DNA of 42,167 bases from Dehalococcoidales bacterium (GCA_002688105.1 NZBQ01000009.1:21389-63555); one strand, 5' to 3'; positions 8,390 to 17,776 are shown, counted from the first letter of the stretch. The notes: generated by a model not told the origin, from the letters alone. Translations and numbers: made by a program.

Positions 8390-10438
8390 CTAATCCTTCT
8401 CAGCTTGCCTTTCGGCAATAACCTTCTGAGCAACGTTAGCTGGCACTTCCTCATAGTGGCTGAAGTCTACAGTATAGCTACCTCTGCCTTGAGTTATTGA
8501 CCTGAGGTCGATAGCGTAGCGCAAAATCTCAGCCAGCGGCACTTGAGCCTCGATAACATTGGCTCCATGTTCAAGATTCATACCCAGCACCTTGGCCCGT
8601 TTGGTATTAAGACCGCCAATAATATCACCGGTAAATTCCTCAGGAACCCTCACCTCAGTATTCATTATCGGTTCAAGGAGAATTGGCTGCCCTTGAGCTA
8701 ATCCCTTCTTCAGCGCCTGGGCTCCAGCAATTTTGAAGCATATTTCCGAGGAATCAACCGGGTGAAAGCTACCATCATACAGAGTTGTTTTTATGTCAAC
8801 TACCGGGTAACGAGCCAAAATCCCCTCGTGAACTGCCTCATTAACCCCTTTCTCTACCGCCGGGATATAATTCTTGGGCACAGAACCGCCAACTACCCTT
8901 GCCGCAAACTCATCGCCACTGCCGCGGGGTAAAGGCTCAATCTCCAACAACACATGCCCATACTGTCCGTGCCCTCCAGATTGCTTCTTGTGCTTATACT
9001 CAGCCTTGGCCGGCACGGTAATCGTCTCTTTATAGGGAACTCTTGGGGTGGACAGCTCGACGTTGACACCGAATTTACGCATCATTCTCTCCACCGCCAC
9101 TTCAAGGTGAGTCTCACCAAGCCCGGATAGAATTGTCTCATTGGTATCCGTCTCCCGACGCACCTGAAGCGTGGGGTCCTCCTCAGCTAGTCGAGACAAT
9201 GCCCCTCCCAGCTTATCTACATCAGCTTTAGTCTTAGGATGTACCGCAGCACTAAAAATCGGCTCAGGGAATATAATGGGAGCAATTTTTACCGGCTTAT
9301 CCTTGCTACACAAGGTATCCCTGGTATTGGTCAAGCTCAATTTGGCTACCGCTCCTATATCCCCAGCCCCAACCTTAGGCACCGGCTCCTGGTTCTTACC
9401 TCTCAGCATAAACAACTGCCCGATGCGTTCCATCCCATTCTGCAGCGCGTTCCACGCCTGAGAATTGCTCTCAATAGCGCCAGTGTAAACCCGAAAGTAG
9501 GTAAGTTTACCCACATATGGGTCAGCACTGGTCTTAAACACCAGAGCCGCCAGGGGAGCCTCCTGGCTTGGTTCGATTGTTTTATCGTCAGCCAGAAATA
9601 CCTCTCGCTCCTTGGGGGATGGCAAATAACTATGTACGGCGTCCAGCAGCGAGCTAACCCCTATATTCCTGGTAGCTGAACCAACCAAAACCGGCACAAT
9701 CTTGCCAGCAATCACACCCTGCCGTAAGCCGCTAATTATCTCCTCCGGACTGAGTTCTTCACCAGATAGATACTTCTCCAATAACCTATCGTCAATTTCA
9801 GCCACCGCCTCTACTAATTTCTCACGAAAAGAATCAACTTGAGCCGACAATGATGAGGGTATTTCCGACTCCTTGGCGGGAGAACCGGTATAGCCTTTCT
9901 TGGTCAGCAGGTCAACAACCCCCTGGAAATCATCCTGAGCGCCAATTGGTAACTGCACCGGTACACATTTACGACCGAGCTTCGATTGAAGCTCTTCCAT
10001 GATACGGTAGAAATCAGCATTCTCACGGTCCATCTTATTAACCAAGATAAGTCGAGGCAGATTAGCTTCCTCACTATATCCCCACACCTGCTCACTGCCC
10101 ACCTCAACGCCGGAGGCGGCACAGATTACAATTACCGCCCCTTCGCTGACCCGTATGGCTGCCCTGACCTCACTAACGAAGTCAGCATAACCGGGAGTAT
10201 CAAGCAGGTTAATCTTAGTCTCCTTCCACTCAGTGGGAAGCAGGGCTAAGTTAAGGCTAATCTTACGCTTTACCTCATCAGGGTCGTAATCCGAGGTAGT
10301 AGTACCATCGTCAACCTTGCCGAAACGGGTAACAACTTCAGCAGTAAACAAAATTGCTTCTGACAGCGATGTCTTACCGGCACCACAATGAGACAGTAAA
10401 ACAACGTTACGAATATTCTCCAACCCATACTGCTTCAT
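8390..10438 (-). CDS. fusA: Elongation factor G paralogue (EF-G2 type)
   Basis: IRNV, HCGAGKT, DTPGY, NKMDR, KKQSGGHGQYGH, GSFHPVDSSE; divergent G2 (RKISL); outside the str operon. Confidence 0.92.
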   Translation of the reverse strand: MKQYGLENIRNVVLLSHCGAGKTSLSEAILFTAEVVTRFGKVDDGTTTSDYDPDEVKRKISLNLALLPTEWKETKINLLDTPGYADFVSEVRAAIRVSEGAVIVICAASGVEVGSEQVWGYSEEANLPRLILVNKMDRENADFYRIMEELQSKLGRKCVPVQLPIGAQDDFQGVVDLLTKKGYTGSPAKESEIPSSLSAQVDSFREKLVEAVAEIDDRLLEKYLSGEELSPEEIISGLRQGVIAGKIVPVLVGSATRNIGVSSLLDAVHSYLPSPKEREVFLADDKTIEPSQEAPLAALVFKTSADPYVGKLTYFRVYTGAIESNSQAWNALQNGMERIGQLFMLRGKNQEPVPKVGAGDIGAVAKLSLTNTRDTLCSKDKPVKIAPIIFPEPIFSAAVHPKTKADVDKLGGALSRLAEEDPTLQVRRETDTNETILSGLGETHLEVAVERMMRKFGVNVELSTPRVPYKETITVPAKAEYKHKKQSGGHGQYGHVLLEIEPLPRGSGDEFAARVVGGSVPKNYIPAVEKGVNEAVHEGILARYPVVDIKTTLYDGSFHPVDSSEICFKIAGAQALKKGLAQGQPILLEPIMNTEVRVPEEFTGDIIGGLNTKRAKVLGMNLEHGANVIEAQVPLAEILRYAIDLRSITQGRGSYTVDFSHYEEVPANVAQKVIAERQAEKD

Positions 10439-10472
10439 CAAATCACCTGCTCTCTCTAGCTCACTTCAGCAT

Positions 10473-10502
10473 ATTATACTCAATAGCTTGCAGCTACGGC
10501 AA
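10473..10502 (-). promoter_or_regulatory. Sigma70-type promoter of the EF-G paralogue
   Basis: TTGCCG-N18-TATAAT on the minus strand. Confidence 0.55.
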
Positions 10503-10518
10503 GTAACGGTGATTATGT

Positions 10519-10593
10519 ATCTACCTCGCCCCCTTTATCCCCCTCTCCTTCAAAGGAGAGGGGGAAGAGATTTTAGAAGGGGCTTTGCCCCTT
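10519..10593 (+). repeat. REP-like palindromic repeat, copy 1 (two hairpins)
   Basis: TCCCCCTCTCCTT-CA-AAGGAGAGGGGGA (10538-10565) and AAGGGGC-TTT-GCCCCTT (10577-10593). Confidence 0.85.
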
Positions 10594-10684
10594 AAACCCC
10601 TTCCGACTACCCACTCCTGTGAAGATACAGCCGGTTCTAACACAGGCAACTCTAACTTAGAAACTGGTACAACTAGTGGAGTAG

Positions 10685-11314
10685 GACAGGTCACCGGTAC
10701 ATAGCCGGAGAAAGACATGTGATGCCATCTTAGTATACGGAAATTTAGCTGTTTTGATGGAATTTAAAACTAAACCACTTAAGCTAAAACGAACGATTAT
10801 TGATTGCGATTTTGATTCATTAATCGAAGACATAAATATGGCGTTCATTGAAAGTAATGAAAAAGATAAAGCTGCAAAACAGATAGACGAAACGATTAAA
10901 TCTTTAAGAAATGGTAGCCTTCATTTGAGTGGAATAGATACTCGTAATATTGCAAATTACTACCCGATAATAGTTACGTTTCAAAACTGGCCACTTGGCC
11001 CATTTGTATATGATTTAATTAGGAGAATGGTGAATACGTCAGGATTACTTAGACAATCATATTGCGCGCCAGTCGAAATTTGGAGTTGCGAAGAGCTTGA
11101 ATATATTGAGGCCATACTTACTAACGACAAAATATCCCCTTTAGATATCCCCTCAATTATTAGAGATAAGCTGAATAGCGGATATGGAAACATGAATATA
11201 TACTCCTTCTTATGGGACAAGCGCCATGATATGTTAAAGAATAATAAATATGTTACTGGTAAAATGGATGAGATGTTCGAGGTAATTAAGAACCAATCGG
11301 GACTAACTGAGTGA
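10685..11314 (+). pseudogene. AT-rich, apparently 5'-truncated PD-(D/E)xK nuclease-like fragment
   Basis: Frame open upstream of the ORF call: KTCDAILVYGNLAVLMEFKTK gives a D...ExK pattern; in-frame TAG at 10682 and no ATG before the motif. Confidence 0.5.
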
Positions 11315-11482
11315 CTTCCCCATCTAGGTTACCAGATAGGTTTGGCCTGTCCCCGTGTAAATCAACGAGCGATGCGTTAGATACTGGGAGCGAACAGAAA
11401 ATTAACTTTTGTAGTGGCTACTCTCCGATAGAAACGTGCACAAAATTTCACACCCTTTCTAATCAAACATTCTGACGGAATG

Positions 11483-12322
11483 TCACCTCCGATAGCGAGC
11501 GCGTCTTCTCCTCCGGAATAGGGACAGCAACCATAACAAACCAATTATGCCAAAGAAAGGAAAGGGTCGGGCGGCAGTGCCTCCGTCGGCCTGGGTAACG
11601 GCAGCGGCTGGTGCCGCAGGCGGTTCTAATGGAGCTATGGCTTCTTCACCGACTTCATAGACAGCCAGCTCAACATTGATATACTCCTTGGGTACCCAGC
11701 CCAGAGGATTATTCCTGCCCGTAGCCTCAGCCCATACCCAACCCGTCTCACCCTCCAGCTCAAAAACTGACGAGGCTTTTTTATAATCAGGCAGGTAGAC
11801 CAAGACGGCGGTATGACCTGGACCAACCACTATCGCTGAGCGGTAGCCAGCCCCCTTATACATAACCGCCAGCAACACCACAGAGTCCTCACAATCACCA
11901 TAACCAACACCATTCTGGCCAATAACGGTCGCCAACTCGTCGGCATTCTGAGCATACTCATCATATTCAAACTGCTCGATGTCAGAGGTATAGTTTACCC
12001 TATCCCGCACGAAGTGAAATATCTTCTCTGCCCTCAGCAGCGGATCTGGATATTGGGCAACTAACTGTTCGCCCAGACGGTAAGCCACATCAGAGCTTTC
12101 CCCCAGACTCTCAAAGACTATAACCGGACGGAAAGCTGTCTTACTTATCTGATAAAAGCCGTCTTCACCAAAGGCTCTGGTTCTACTTATATTCCAGTCA
12201 TCATATACATCACCATTCGCTTCATAGAAACCAGACGACGGAGTCGCCAACACGTAACCAGCCGCTCCTAAACCAGCCACCAATGCCACTATCAAGCCCA
12301 GTAATACCTTAATCCCTTTCAT
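11483..12322 (-). CDS. Exported transglutaminase-like cysteine protease domain protein with C-terminal membrane anchor
   Basis: N-terminal signal/TM, GDCED...GHTAV...AEAT, Pro/Ala linker, TM plus RRRRR tail. Confidence 0.8.
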   Translation of the reverse strand: MKGIKVLLGLIVALVAGLGAAGYVLATPSSGFYEANGDVYDDWNISRTRAFGEDGFYQISKTAFRPVIVFESLGESSDVAYRLGEQLVAQYPDPLLRAEKIFHFVRDRVNYTSDIEQFEYDEYAQNADELATVIGQNGVGYGDCEDSVVLLAVMYKGAGYRSAIVVGPGHTAVLVYLPDYKKASSVFELEGETGWVWAEATGRNNPLGWVPKEYINVELAVYEVGEEAIAPLEPPAAPAAAVTQADGGTAARPFPFFGIIGLLWLLSLFRRRRRARYRR

Positions 12323-12383
12323 AACAATAACTCCTGGGAGGTCATTTACCCAAGGCTATCCCTCCTTCATAACAAACGTTTAA

Positions 12384-12440
12384 GAGAGGCGCTAGCCCCT
12401 CTCCTTTTAAGGAGAGGGGGATTAAGGGGGTGAGGTAGAT
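12384..12440 (-). repeat. REP-like palindromic repeat, copy 2 (inverted, shorter)
   Basis: Reverse complement of 12396-12440 matches 10519-10563 at 42 of 45 positions. Confidence 0.85.
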
Positions 12441-12449
12441 GAAAATCTA

Positions 12450-12935
12450 TCAAAGTGATGTGGTTAACGCCGCATGAAGTATCAAGCCAAAGAAAATGAG
12501 ATAACCAAAGATATAGATACCCACCGCCACCCCATCCTTATTGATGTTCTTAAATGGTATTTTGGGTGTTAGCTTGTCAACAATATGAAATATAGCTACT
12601 CCGATAAGCAGGCTTATCACAAAGCTTACCGCCAATATCCCTAACTGCCTGAAATCAAAGAAGTAGCTAAGTAATGAGCCACCAAACACGGTCGGTGTAG
12701 TAGCCGCCCCGTGGACGACAAGACCCACCAGGATGAAAAAACCAGCAATGAATAGTCCTGTAGCCACCGGGCTTTCTCCTATACGTTGACGCTTATCAAT
12801 ATAAGGCATAAGAGCATCCAGGGCTCTAATTCCAAGCCACGCCAGAAAGACACAAATAATAACCAGCCATATCACTTTGGCCAGCCATACTAGAACAATT
12901 ACCCAAAAGGGGGATGCCAGACCCAGTTCCTGCAT
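12450..12935 (-). CDS. Four-TM membrane protein, tandem DUF350-like repeats
   Basis: Two similar halves (D.LMP...SPVATGLF / DKLTP...GVAVGIY); AGGAGG RBS. Confidence 0.7.
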   Translation of the reverse strand: MQELGLASPFWVIVLVWLAKVIWLVIICVFLAWLGIRALDALMPYIDKRQRIGESPVATGLFIAGFFILVGLVVHGAATTPTVFGGSLLSYFFDFRQLGILAVSFVISLLIGVAIFHIVDKLTPKIPFKNINKDGVAVGIYIFGYLIFFGLILHAALTTSL

Positions 12936-12955
12936 ATCATGTCCTCCTTATTATC

Positions 12956-13507
12956 CTAGTCTAACAAAAGTGGGGTGACAAATGTTTCAATGATAGCCGC
13001 TGGCACCAGTAAAGCGAAGGCTATGGCGAGATACTTCGAATTCTGTTTCAGGCTGGGCAATAATTGGCTCTTCTCCCTCTTTTTAAACATAATCAATATT
13101 ACCATGAAACCGAAGCTAAGAGCCGCTGCCTCACCCAGGATGAAAGCCGGAAGCTCAATAATGCCATGAGGTAGTAAACCAGCTAATACGAAACCAAGTG
13201 ATTCCTCCTGAATTATCATAGTTGACACCATAGTAAGAACCCAGCCATTGAGTATTAACGCCGCAATAGGCGCCAGACAAAAAATCGGGCTGAGGGCAAA
13301 ACTAAACAGCAAGGCTGAAGCATTCTTGAAAAAGATGACTACAGCAGTAAGAGCTGGAGGCAATGAAAATAAGAAGTCGCCAAGCTCGCCAAGGGCAACG
13401 ATGTCTTCGGAAAGAAAGCTGACGCTACCGGCTGGGACAACCAAACCCAGCGCCAGCCCAACGCCGAATAAGCCAATGGCAACTAAAATCCACCGCTTAT
13501 AGCTCAT
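12956..13507 (-). CDS. SpoIIM/DUF95 family membrane protein
   Basis: IFFKN, NG, LPHGIIELPA, AAIIETFVTP. Confidence 0.85.
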   Translation of the reverse strand: MSYKRWILVAIGLFGVGLALGLVVPAGSVSFLSEDIVALGELGDFLFSLPPALTAVVIFFKNASALLFSFALSPIFCLAPIAALILNGWVLTMVSTMIIQEESLGFVLAGLLPHGIIELPAFILGEAAALSFGFMVILIMFKKREKSQLLPSLKQNSKYLAIAFALLVPAAIIETFVTPLLLD

Positions 13508-13519
13508 ATAAATAGCATC

Positions 13520-14095
13520 TTACCCGGAGCCATATATATCATTAAAAACAATTTCAGAAAGTTCTTTTCTGGGCCTAACTTCGGGGTCTTCTACCGGGTA
13601 ACCTAAAGGAGTCATCGCCACCACACTGAAACCTGCTGGCACCTCCAGGATTTCCGCCACTTTTTTAGCATCTATCCCACCAACATACCTTGTGCCCAGC
13701 CCCAACGAACAGGCAGCCAGTACCAAGTTCTGCATAGCCAGGGCTACATCAAACATATACCAGTAATCGCCCTTATCCGTGTCTGGCTCCGGAGCACCCC
13801 TTGAACGACCAGATTGCCCCACCTCAGCACAAGCCACAATCACTACCGGCACCGTCTTTATCGCCTCAATGGCTGGATTAGGAATGTCTCTAATCAAATC
13901 ACCAACTAAGGTATCGGCAAGCCAGCTTTTTATTTTCTTGTCCCGCACCACGACAAACCGCCAGCATTGCGTATTAGCCCAGGATGGTGCCCAACGGGCA
14001 GCCCCCAAAACAACCTCAATAGTTTTATCATCTACCGGGGTAGTTTTATACTTGAGAATACCCCTCCTGGTTCTAATTGCTTCCAGAACTTCCAT
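13520..14095 (-). CDS. Nitroreductase family protein
   Basis: AIRTRR, APSWANTQCWRFVVV, QNLVLAA..LGLGT, LGYP. Confidence 0.9.
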   Translation of the reverse strand: MEVLEAIRTRRGILKYKTTPVDDKTIEVVLGAARWAPSWANTQCWRFVVVRDKKIKSWLADTLVGDLIRDIPNPAIEAIKTVPVVIVACAEVGQSGRSRGAPEPDTDKGDYWYMFDVALAMQNLVLAACSLGLGTRYVGGIDAKKVAEILEVPAGFSVVAMTPLGYPVEDPEVRPRKELSEIVFNDIYGSG

Positions 14096-14106
14096 AGTTT
14101 CCCTCC

Positions 14107-14745
14107 TTATTCTTGTTCCCAGGCATCTTTACCGATAAGGGAGACAAATCGACAGCCGCCTAAGTTACGAATTGTATTCTTAGTCCTATGCCTGGTAATT
14201 TTATATAACTCTTGAACATAGCGCGAGCCCACCGGAATTACCATTCGCCCGCCAATGGCTAGCTGAGCCACAAGGTCAGTCGGCACCTTGGGAGCAGCCG
14301 CCGTAACTATTATGGCATCATAAGGCGCCCCCACCCACCAACCTAAAGTCTCCTCAGCCAGGTGCACCTCAATGTTGGTATAGTCTAGGCTATCCAATAC
14401 TTTCCTAGCCGTCTCAGCCAGAATAGGTAGGCGCTCTGTAGTAATCACTAATCGAGCTAATTCAGCGAGAATAGCTGTCTGATAGCCACTGCCCGTCCCT
14501 ACCTCCAGCACCTTTTCACTGCCAGTAAGCTCTAAGGCCTCGGTCATAAGAGCAATAATAAAAGGTTGTGAAATTGTCTGTCCCAAGCCAATAGGCAACG
14601 GTCCATCTTCATAAGCTAAGTATTGCTCTTCTGGCGGTATAAAACGCTCCCGTGGAACACGAGACATAGCCGCTAATACCCGCTTATCCTTAATCTCAGT
14701 GTGAAGGTGCTCAATTAACTTAGCTCTTTCAGCTTCAAAATCCAT
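14107..14745 (-). CDS. pcm: Protein-L-isoaspartate O-methyltransferase
   Basis: VPRERF, GQTISQP, VLEVGTGSGYQTA, APYDAIIVTAA. Confidence 0.95.
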   Translation of the reverse strand: MDFEAERAKLIEHLHTEIKDKRVLAAMSRVPRERFIPPEEQYLAYEDGPLPIGLGQTISQPFIIALMTEALELTGSEKVLEVGTGSGYQTAILAELARLVITTERLPILAETARKVLDSLDYTNIEVHLAEETLGWWVGAPYDAIIVTAAAPKVPTDLVAQLAIGGRMVIPVGSRYVQELYKITRHRTKNTIRNLGGCRFVSLIGKDAWEQE

Positions 14746-14769
14746 ACTGAGCCCTCACCATAAGGTGAG

Positions 14770-15057
14770 TCAGGACAAAACTAACGATAGCACTATTAGA
14801 ATAACCAGCGCTATCCCGGCCAGAATACCGATTCTCCGCAGTTCAGTAGCTATAAAGGGATAGTGCACTGCAGTCGGTGCCGGCATCGAGGTAGGCACGC
14901 TTGCTGAAGGAGCAGCCACCTGAGACGGGGTAACCGGCTCATAGGTTTGAGTAGCTGCTGGCCGCTGAGCCTCCATAGTTGAGGCACCAAACTTGCCTCT
15001 CTTTTTTCTACTTTGAGACGAGTGCTTGCCCCGACTTCGCCGGGATGTACCAGACAT
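14770..15057 (-). CDS. Small hypothetical protein with basic N-terminus and C-terminal TM helix
   Basis: Arg/Lys-rich start, Pro/Ala linker, ELRRIGILAG..TM; co-oriented between xerD and pcm. Confidence 0.65.
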   Translation of the reverse strand: MSGTSRRSRGKHSSQSRKKRGKFGASTMEAQRPAATQTYEPVTPSQVAAPSASVPTSMPAPTAVHYPFIATELRRIGILAGIALVILIVLSLVLS

Positions 15058-15058
15058 A

Positions 15059-15101
15059 TAGAACTTCACCCCCCTCCCGGAGTTTTTTTAGAACTTCACC
15101 C
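15059..15101. repeat. 13-bp direct repeat TAGAACTTCACCC, 30-bp period
   Basis: Copies at 15059-15071 and 15089-15101. Confidence 0.7.
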
Positions 15102-15104
15102 AGG

Positions 15105-16013
15105 CTACTTAGCTCTGGGATGAGATTTCTCATAACTGCTCCGGATATGCTCGGTAGTAAGATGAGTATAAATCTGTGTGGTTGAGATATTGGCGTGACC
15201 CAACAGTTCCTGAACTGACCTTAAGTCAGCCCCACCATTCAGCATATGAGTCGCAAAACTATGCCGCAGGGTATGAGGAGTAATTTCAGTGTCCAGCTCG
15301 GCTGATTTAGCATGACCCTTTAATATTTGCCAAAGTCCCTGTCTGGTCAACCTCTCACCACGCGCGTTAAGGAATAGAGCCGACTCGGTATCACTATGTA
15401 CCAAACGAGAACGAGCTTCGTTTATATATTCGTCTACGGCTAAAGCAGCTTGTTTATGAATAGGGATAAGTCTCTCTTTGTGTCCTTTGCCAAAGCAACG
15501 CACATAACCACTCCCGGTATCAATATCATTCAAGTTCAAAGATACCAGCTCACTCACCCTCATGCCGCTGGCATATAATAGCTCCAGCATCGCCTTGTCC
15601 CTTTTAGCTTCCAGCGTAGATAGCTTGGTCGGCTGCTCTAACAAACGGCGAACCTGACTGACTGAGATAGGTTTAGGTAATGACTTCCCTGCCCTAGGTG
15701 AACCCATATCCCCTATCGGGTTAGTCTTGATAATACCTTCAGATACCATAAAGTTGAAGAAAGATTTAGCCGCCGCTACCTTGCGAGCCACTGTAGTCGG
15801 GGCATAATTCCTCTCCTTCAGGTTAAGCAGATAACTAAGCATGGACTGACGATTAAAACCAGCCCACGGAGTAATGACGCCAAGCTTGGTCGCCTCTTTC
15901 TGTATAAAGATGGCTAATTGCTGAAGGTCATTACGATAAGCCTCTATGGTATTTTGGGAAAGGCCTCTTTCCACAGCCAGATAGTCTATAAAATCTCTAA
16001 TAGCCTCTCTCAC
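15105..16013 (-). CDS. xerD: Tyrosine recombinase XerD
   Basis: ERGLSQNTIEAYRNDL, LYASGMRVSEL, GKGHKER, LTRQG, HTLRHSFATH, LGHANISTTQIYTH. Confidence 0.93.
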   Translation of the reverse strand: MREAIRDFIDYLAVERGLSQNTIEAYRNDLQQLAIFIQKEATKLGVITPWAGFNRQSMLSYLLNLKERNYAPTTVARKVAAAKSFFNFMVSEGIIKTNPIGDMGSPRAGKSLPKPISVSQVRRLLEQPTKLSTLEAKRDKAMLELLYASGMRVSELVSLNLNDIDTGSGYVRCFGKGHKERLIPIHKQAALAVDEYINEARSRLVHSDTESALFLNARGERLTRQGLWQILKGHAKSAELDTEITPHTLRHSFATHMLNGGADLRSVQELLGHANISTTQIYTHLTTEHIRSSYEKSHPRAK

Positions 16014-16249
16014 GACACTACTCCTCTGTTAATCTCCCAGTGAACGACCCCCAAGCAATTTAGTTTATTTTAACATAACTTATGAACATTTAACACAAAA
16101 ACAAGAAAAACGCAAGAAAGCAGACGAATAAGCAATAGAGAATTTATCAACCAAGCTGATATTTAAGACCACAATAGCCAGGTTCTGCCCTTTGGTATTA
16201 CTACTTTCTTATCGATGGGTCACTGAGACGCCAGAACGCTTACATGGAG

Positions 16250-16279
16250 TTGACAAGGTTACTATATCTGTGGTAAAAA
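16250..16279 (+). promoter_or_regulatory. Putative sigma70 promoter of the M24 operon
   Basis: TTGACA-N18-TAAAAA with TG extended -10. Confidence 0.4.
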
Positions 16280-16428
16280 ATTGGGGCAGCATGAAGCAAA
16301 GTAATTATCCCCACACAGGTACTTCCCAAATTAATTTGGTAACGGGACCAAAATCGTGCTTTATAGTTTTGCCATTTAGCACGTGGAAGGTCCTGTTTTT
16401 ATATTAAAGCAAAGAAAGGAGTCTAAAA

Positions 16429-17751
16429 ATGGGGTTAAGAGACAATTGGACCAAGGAAGAACATAGTTGGGATTTTTTCAGCGCTAAAGATTTCAAGCAT
16501 GAGTGGTCACCTCGCCACCTTTATGGTCAGGATGGATGTGACTTCCAGGAGCGAATCAACTGGGCAAGGATGCGGGAGTACCGGTACGGAAGACTGCAAT
16601 GGGCTTTGAAAAAACATGGTATCCCGGCATTGTTACTCAATCTTGGCGATAATATTCGTTACGCCAATGGAACTTGGGATTACGCCTGGAAGGGCAACAA
16701 CGGTGCCAGATATCTGCTCGTTTTCCCAGATAAGCCGGCCTACTTCTTTGATACCATAGGGATTGACATGGAAGTAACCAGAATGCATTGCCCATGGGTT
16801 ACGGAAGACAGGTTAGATACCGCTATTACCTATAAATTTGCGGCTGGTGGATTCGCTGAGCAATGCAAGCGATACTGGGAGCAGATTAAGTCAGTCTGTA
16901 AGGCAAACGGTGTAGATATCACCAAAGAGAAACTGGGTATTGACAGTATTGAAATTGGCGGCTATGAAATCGCCAAAAGTATGGGCATCAACCTCGTACC
17001 CGCTGGTCAGCCGATCTTTGAGGCACGATACAAAAAGAACCAGGATGAACTGGAAGCCTTGAAAATTGCGGCCGCTTGGGGCGATATGGGCTACTGGAAA
17101 GCCAAAAACGAATTTGCCAAACCAGGTGTCCGTGAGAGAGAGGTTTTGGGGAAAGTTGTTGAGTTCTTGTATCAACTTGGAGCCCAGCACTGCTGGGGAA
17201 CGAATGTGGCCTCCGGGGGCAATACCAATCCGTACATCCGTGCCTTTACCGACAAGCTTATCCGCCAGGGAGACATGATTACTCTAGACCTTAATACCAA
17301 CAATTATTACGGTTATGTTCAAGATACCTGCCGTTCCTGGGTTGTGGAAAGAAAAATGACATCAAAACAAAAGGATGTCTACAAGAGGTGCTACGACCTG
17401 TTACAGAAATCCTTATCCATTGTTAAACCGGGGGCAACTACAGGTGACATCGCCAAAACTTGGCCAAGATATTATGACAACACCCAGAAAACGTGCACCT
17501 TGGTTCAGTTTGCCCATACCATCGGCTGTGGACTCTACGAAGGATTCTGGGTAAGCCAGGGATTTTCACCAGACTATCCGGTTGAAATTGAGGAGAACTT
17601 CTATATGGCTCTTGAGGTATTTACCAGCGACGGGCCTGGTGGAAACTGCAGTGTTCGACTTGAGGAGAATTTTGTGGTAACCAAGGATGGCATCTCGATA
17701 TTCAGCCTGTTCCCGTTTGAAGAAGAGGCTGTCGGGTTTATCGATAATTAA
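16429..17751 (+). CDS. M24-family (Xaa-Pro peptidase/creatinase/DddP-like) metallohydrolase
   Basis: DNIRY; candidate ligands in TLDL..QDTCRS, AHTIG, ALEV, VRLEE; AAGGAG RBS. Confidence 0.85.
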   Translation: MGLRDNWTKEEHSWDFFSAKDFKHEWSPRHLYGQDGCDFQERINWARMREYRYGRLQWALKKHGIPALLLNLGDNIRYANGTWDYAWKGNNGARYLLVFPDKPAYFFDTIGIDMEVTRMHCPWVTEDRLDTAITYKFAAGGFAEQCKRYWEQIKSVCKANGVDITKEKLGIDSIEIGGYEIAKSMGINLVPAGQPIFEARYKKNQDELEALKIAAAWGDMGYWKAKNEFAKPGVREREVLGKVVEFLYQLGAQHCWGTNVASGGNTNPYIRAFTDKLIRQGDMITLDLNTNNYYGYVQDTCRSWVVERKMTSKQKDVYKRCYDLLQKSLSIVKPGATTGDIAKTWPRYYDNTQKTCTLVQFAHTIGCGLYEGFWVSQGFSPDYPVEIEENFYMALEVFTSDGPGGNCSVRLEENFVVTKDGISIFSLFPFEEEAVGFIDN

Positions 17752-17776
17752 GGCTCGTCTGGTCGAGGTCAATTCA

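Noticed and set aside
10521-10718. 65-aa minus-strand ORF (SPSPLKERGIKG)
   Set aside because: It is a translation of the palindromic repeat
15105-16013. Tyrosine recombinase as an island integrase
   Set aside because: Sequence is typical chromosomal XerD at the head of a housekeeping-like gene run
16060-16115. Complete dif site
   Set aside because: The CATAA/TTATG spacer is 1 bp, not 6, and no XerC arm is present
16020-16428. Riboswitch or ncRNA in the long intergenic gap
   Set aside because: No recognisable aptamer or terminator structure by eye; a covariance-model search would be needed
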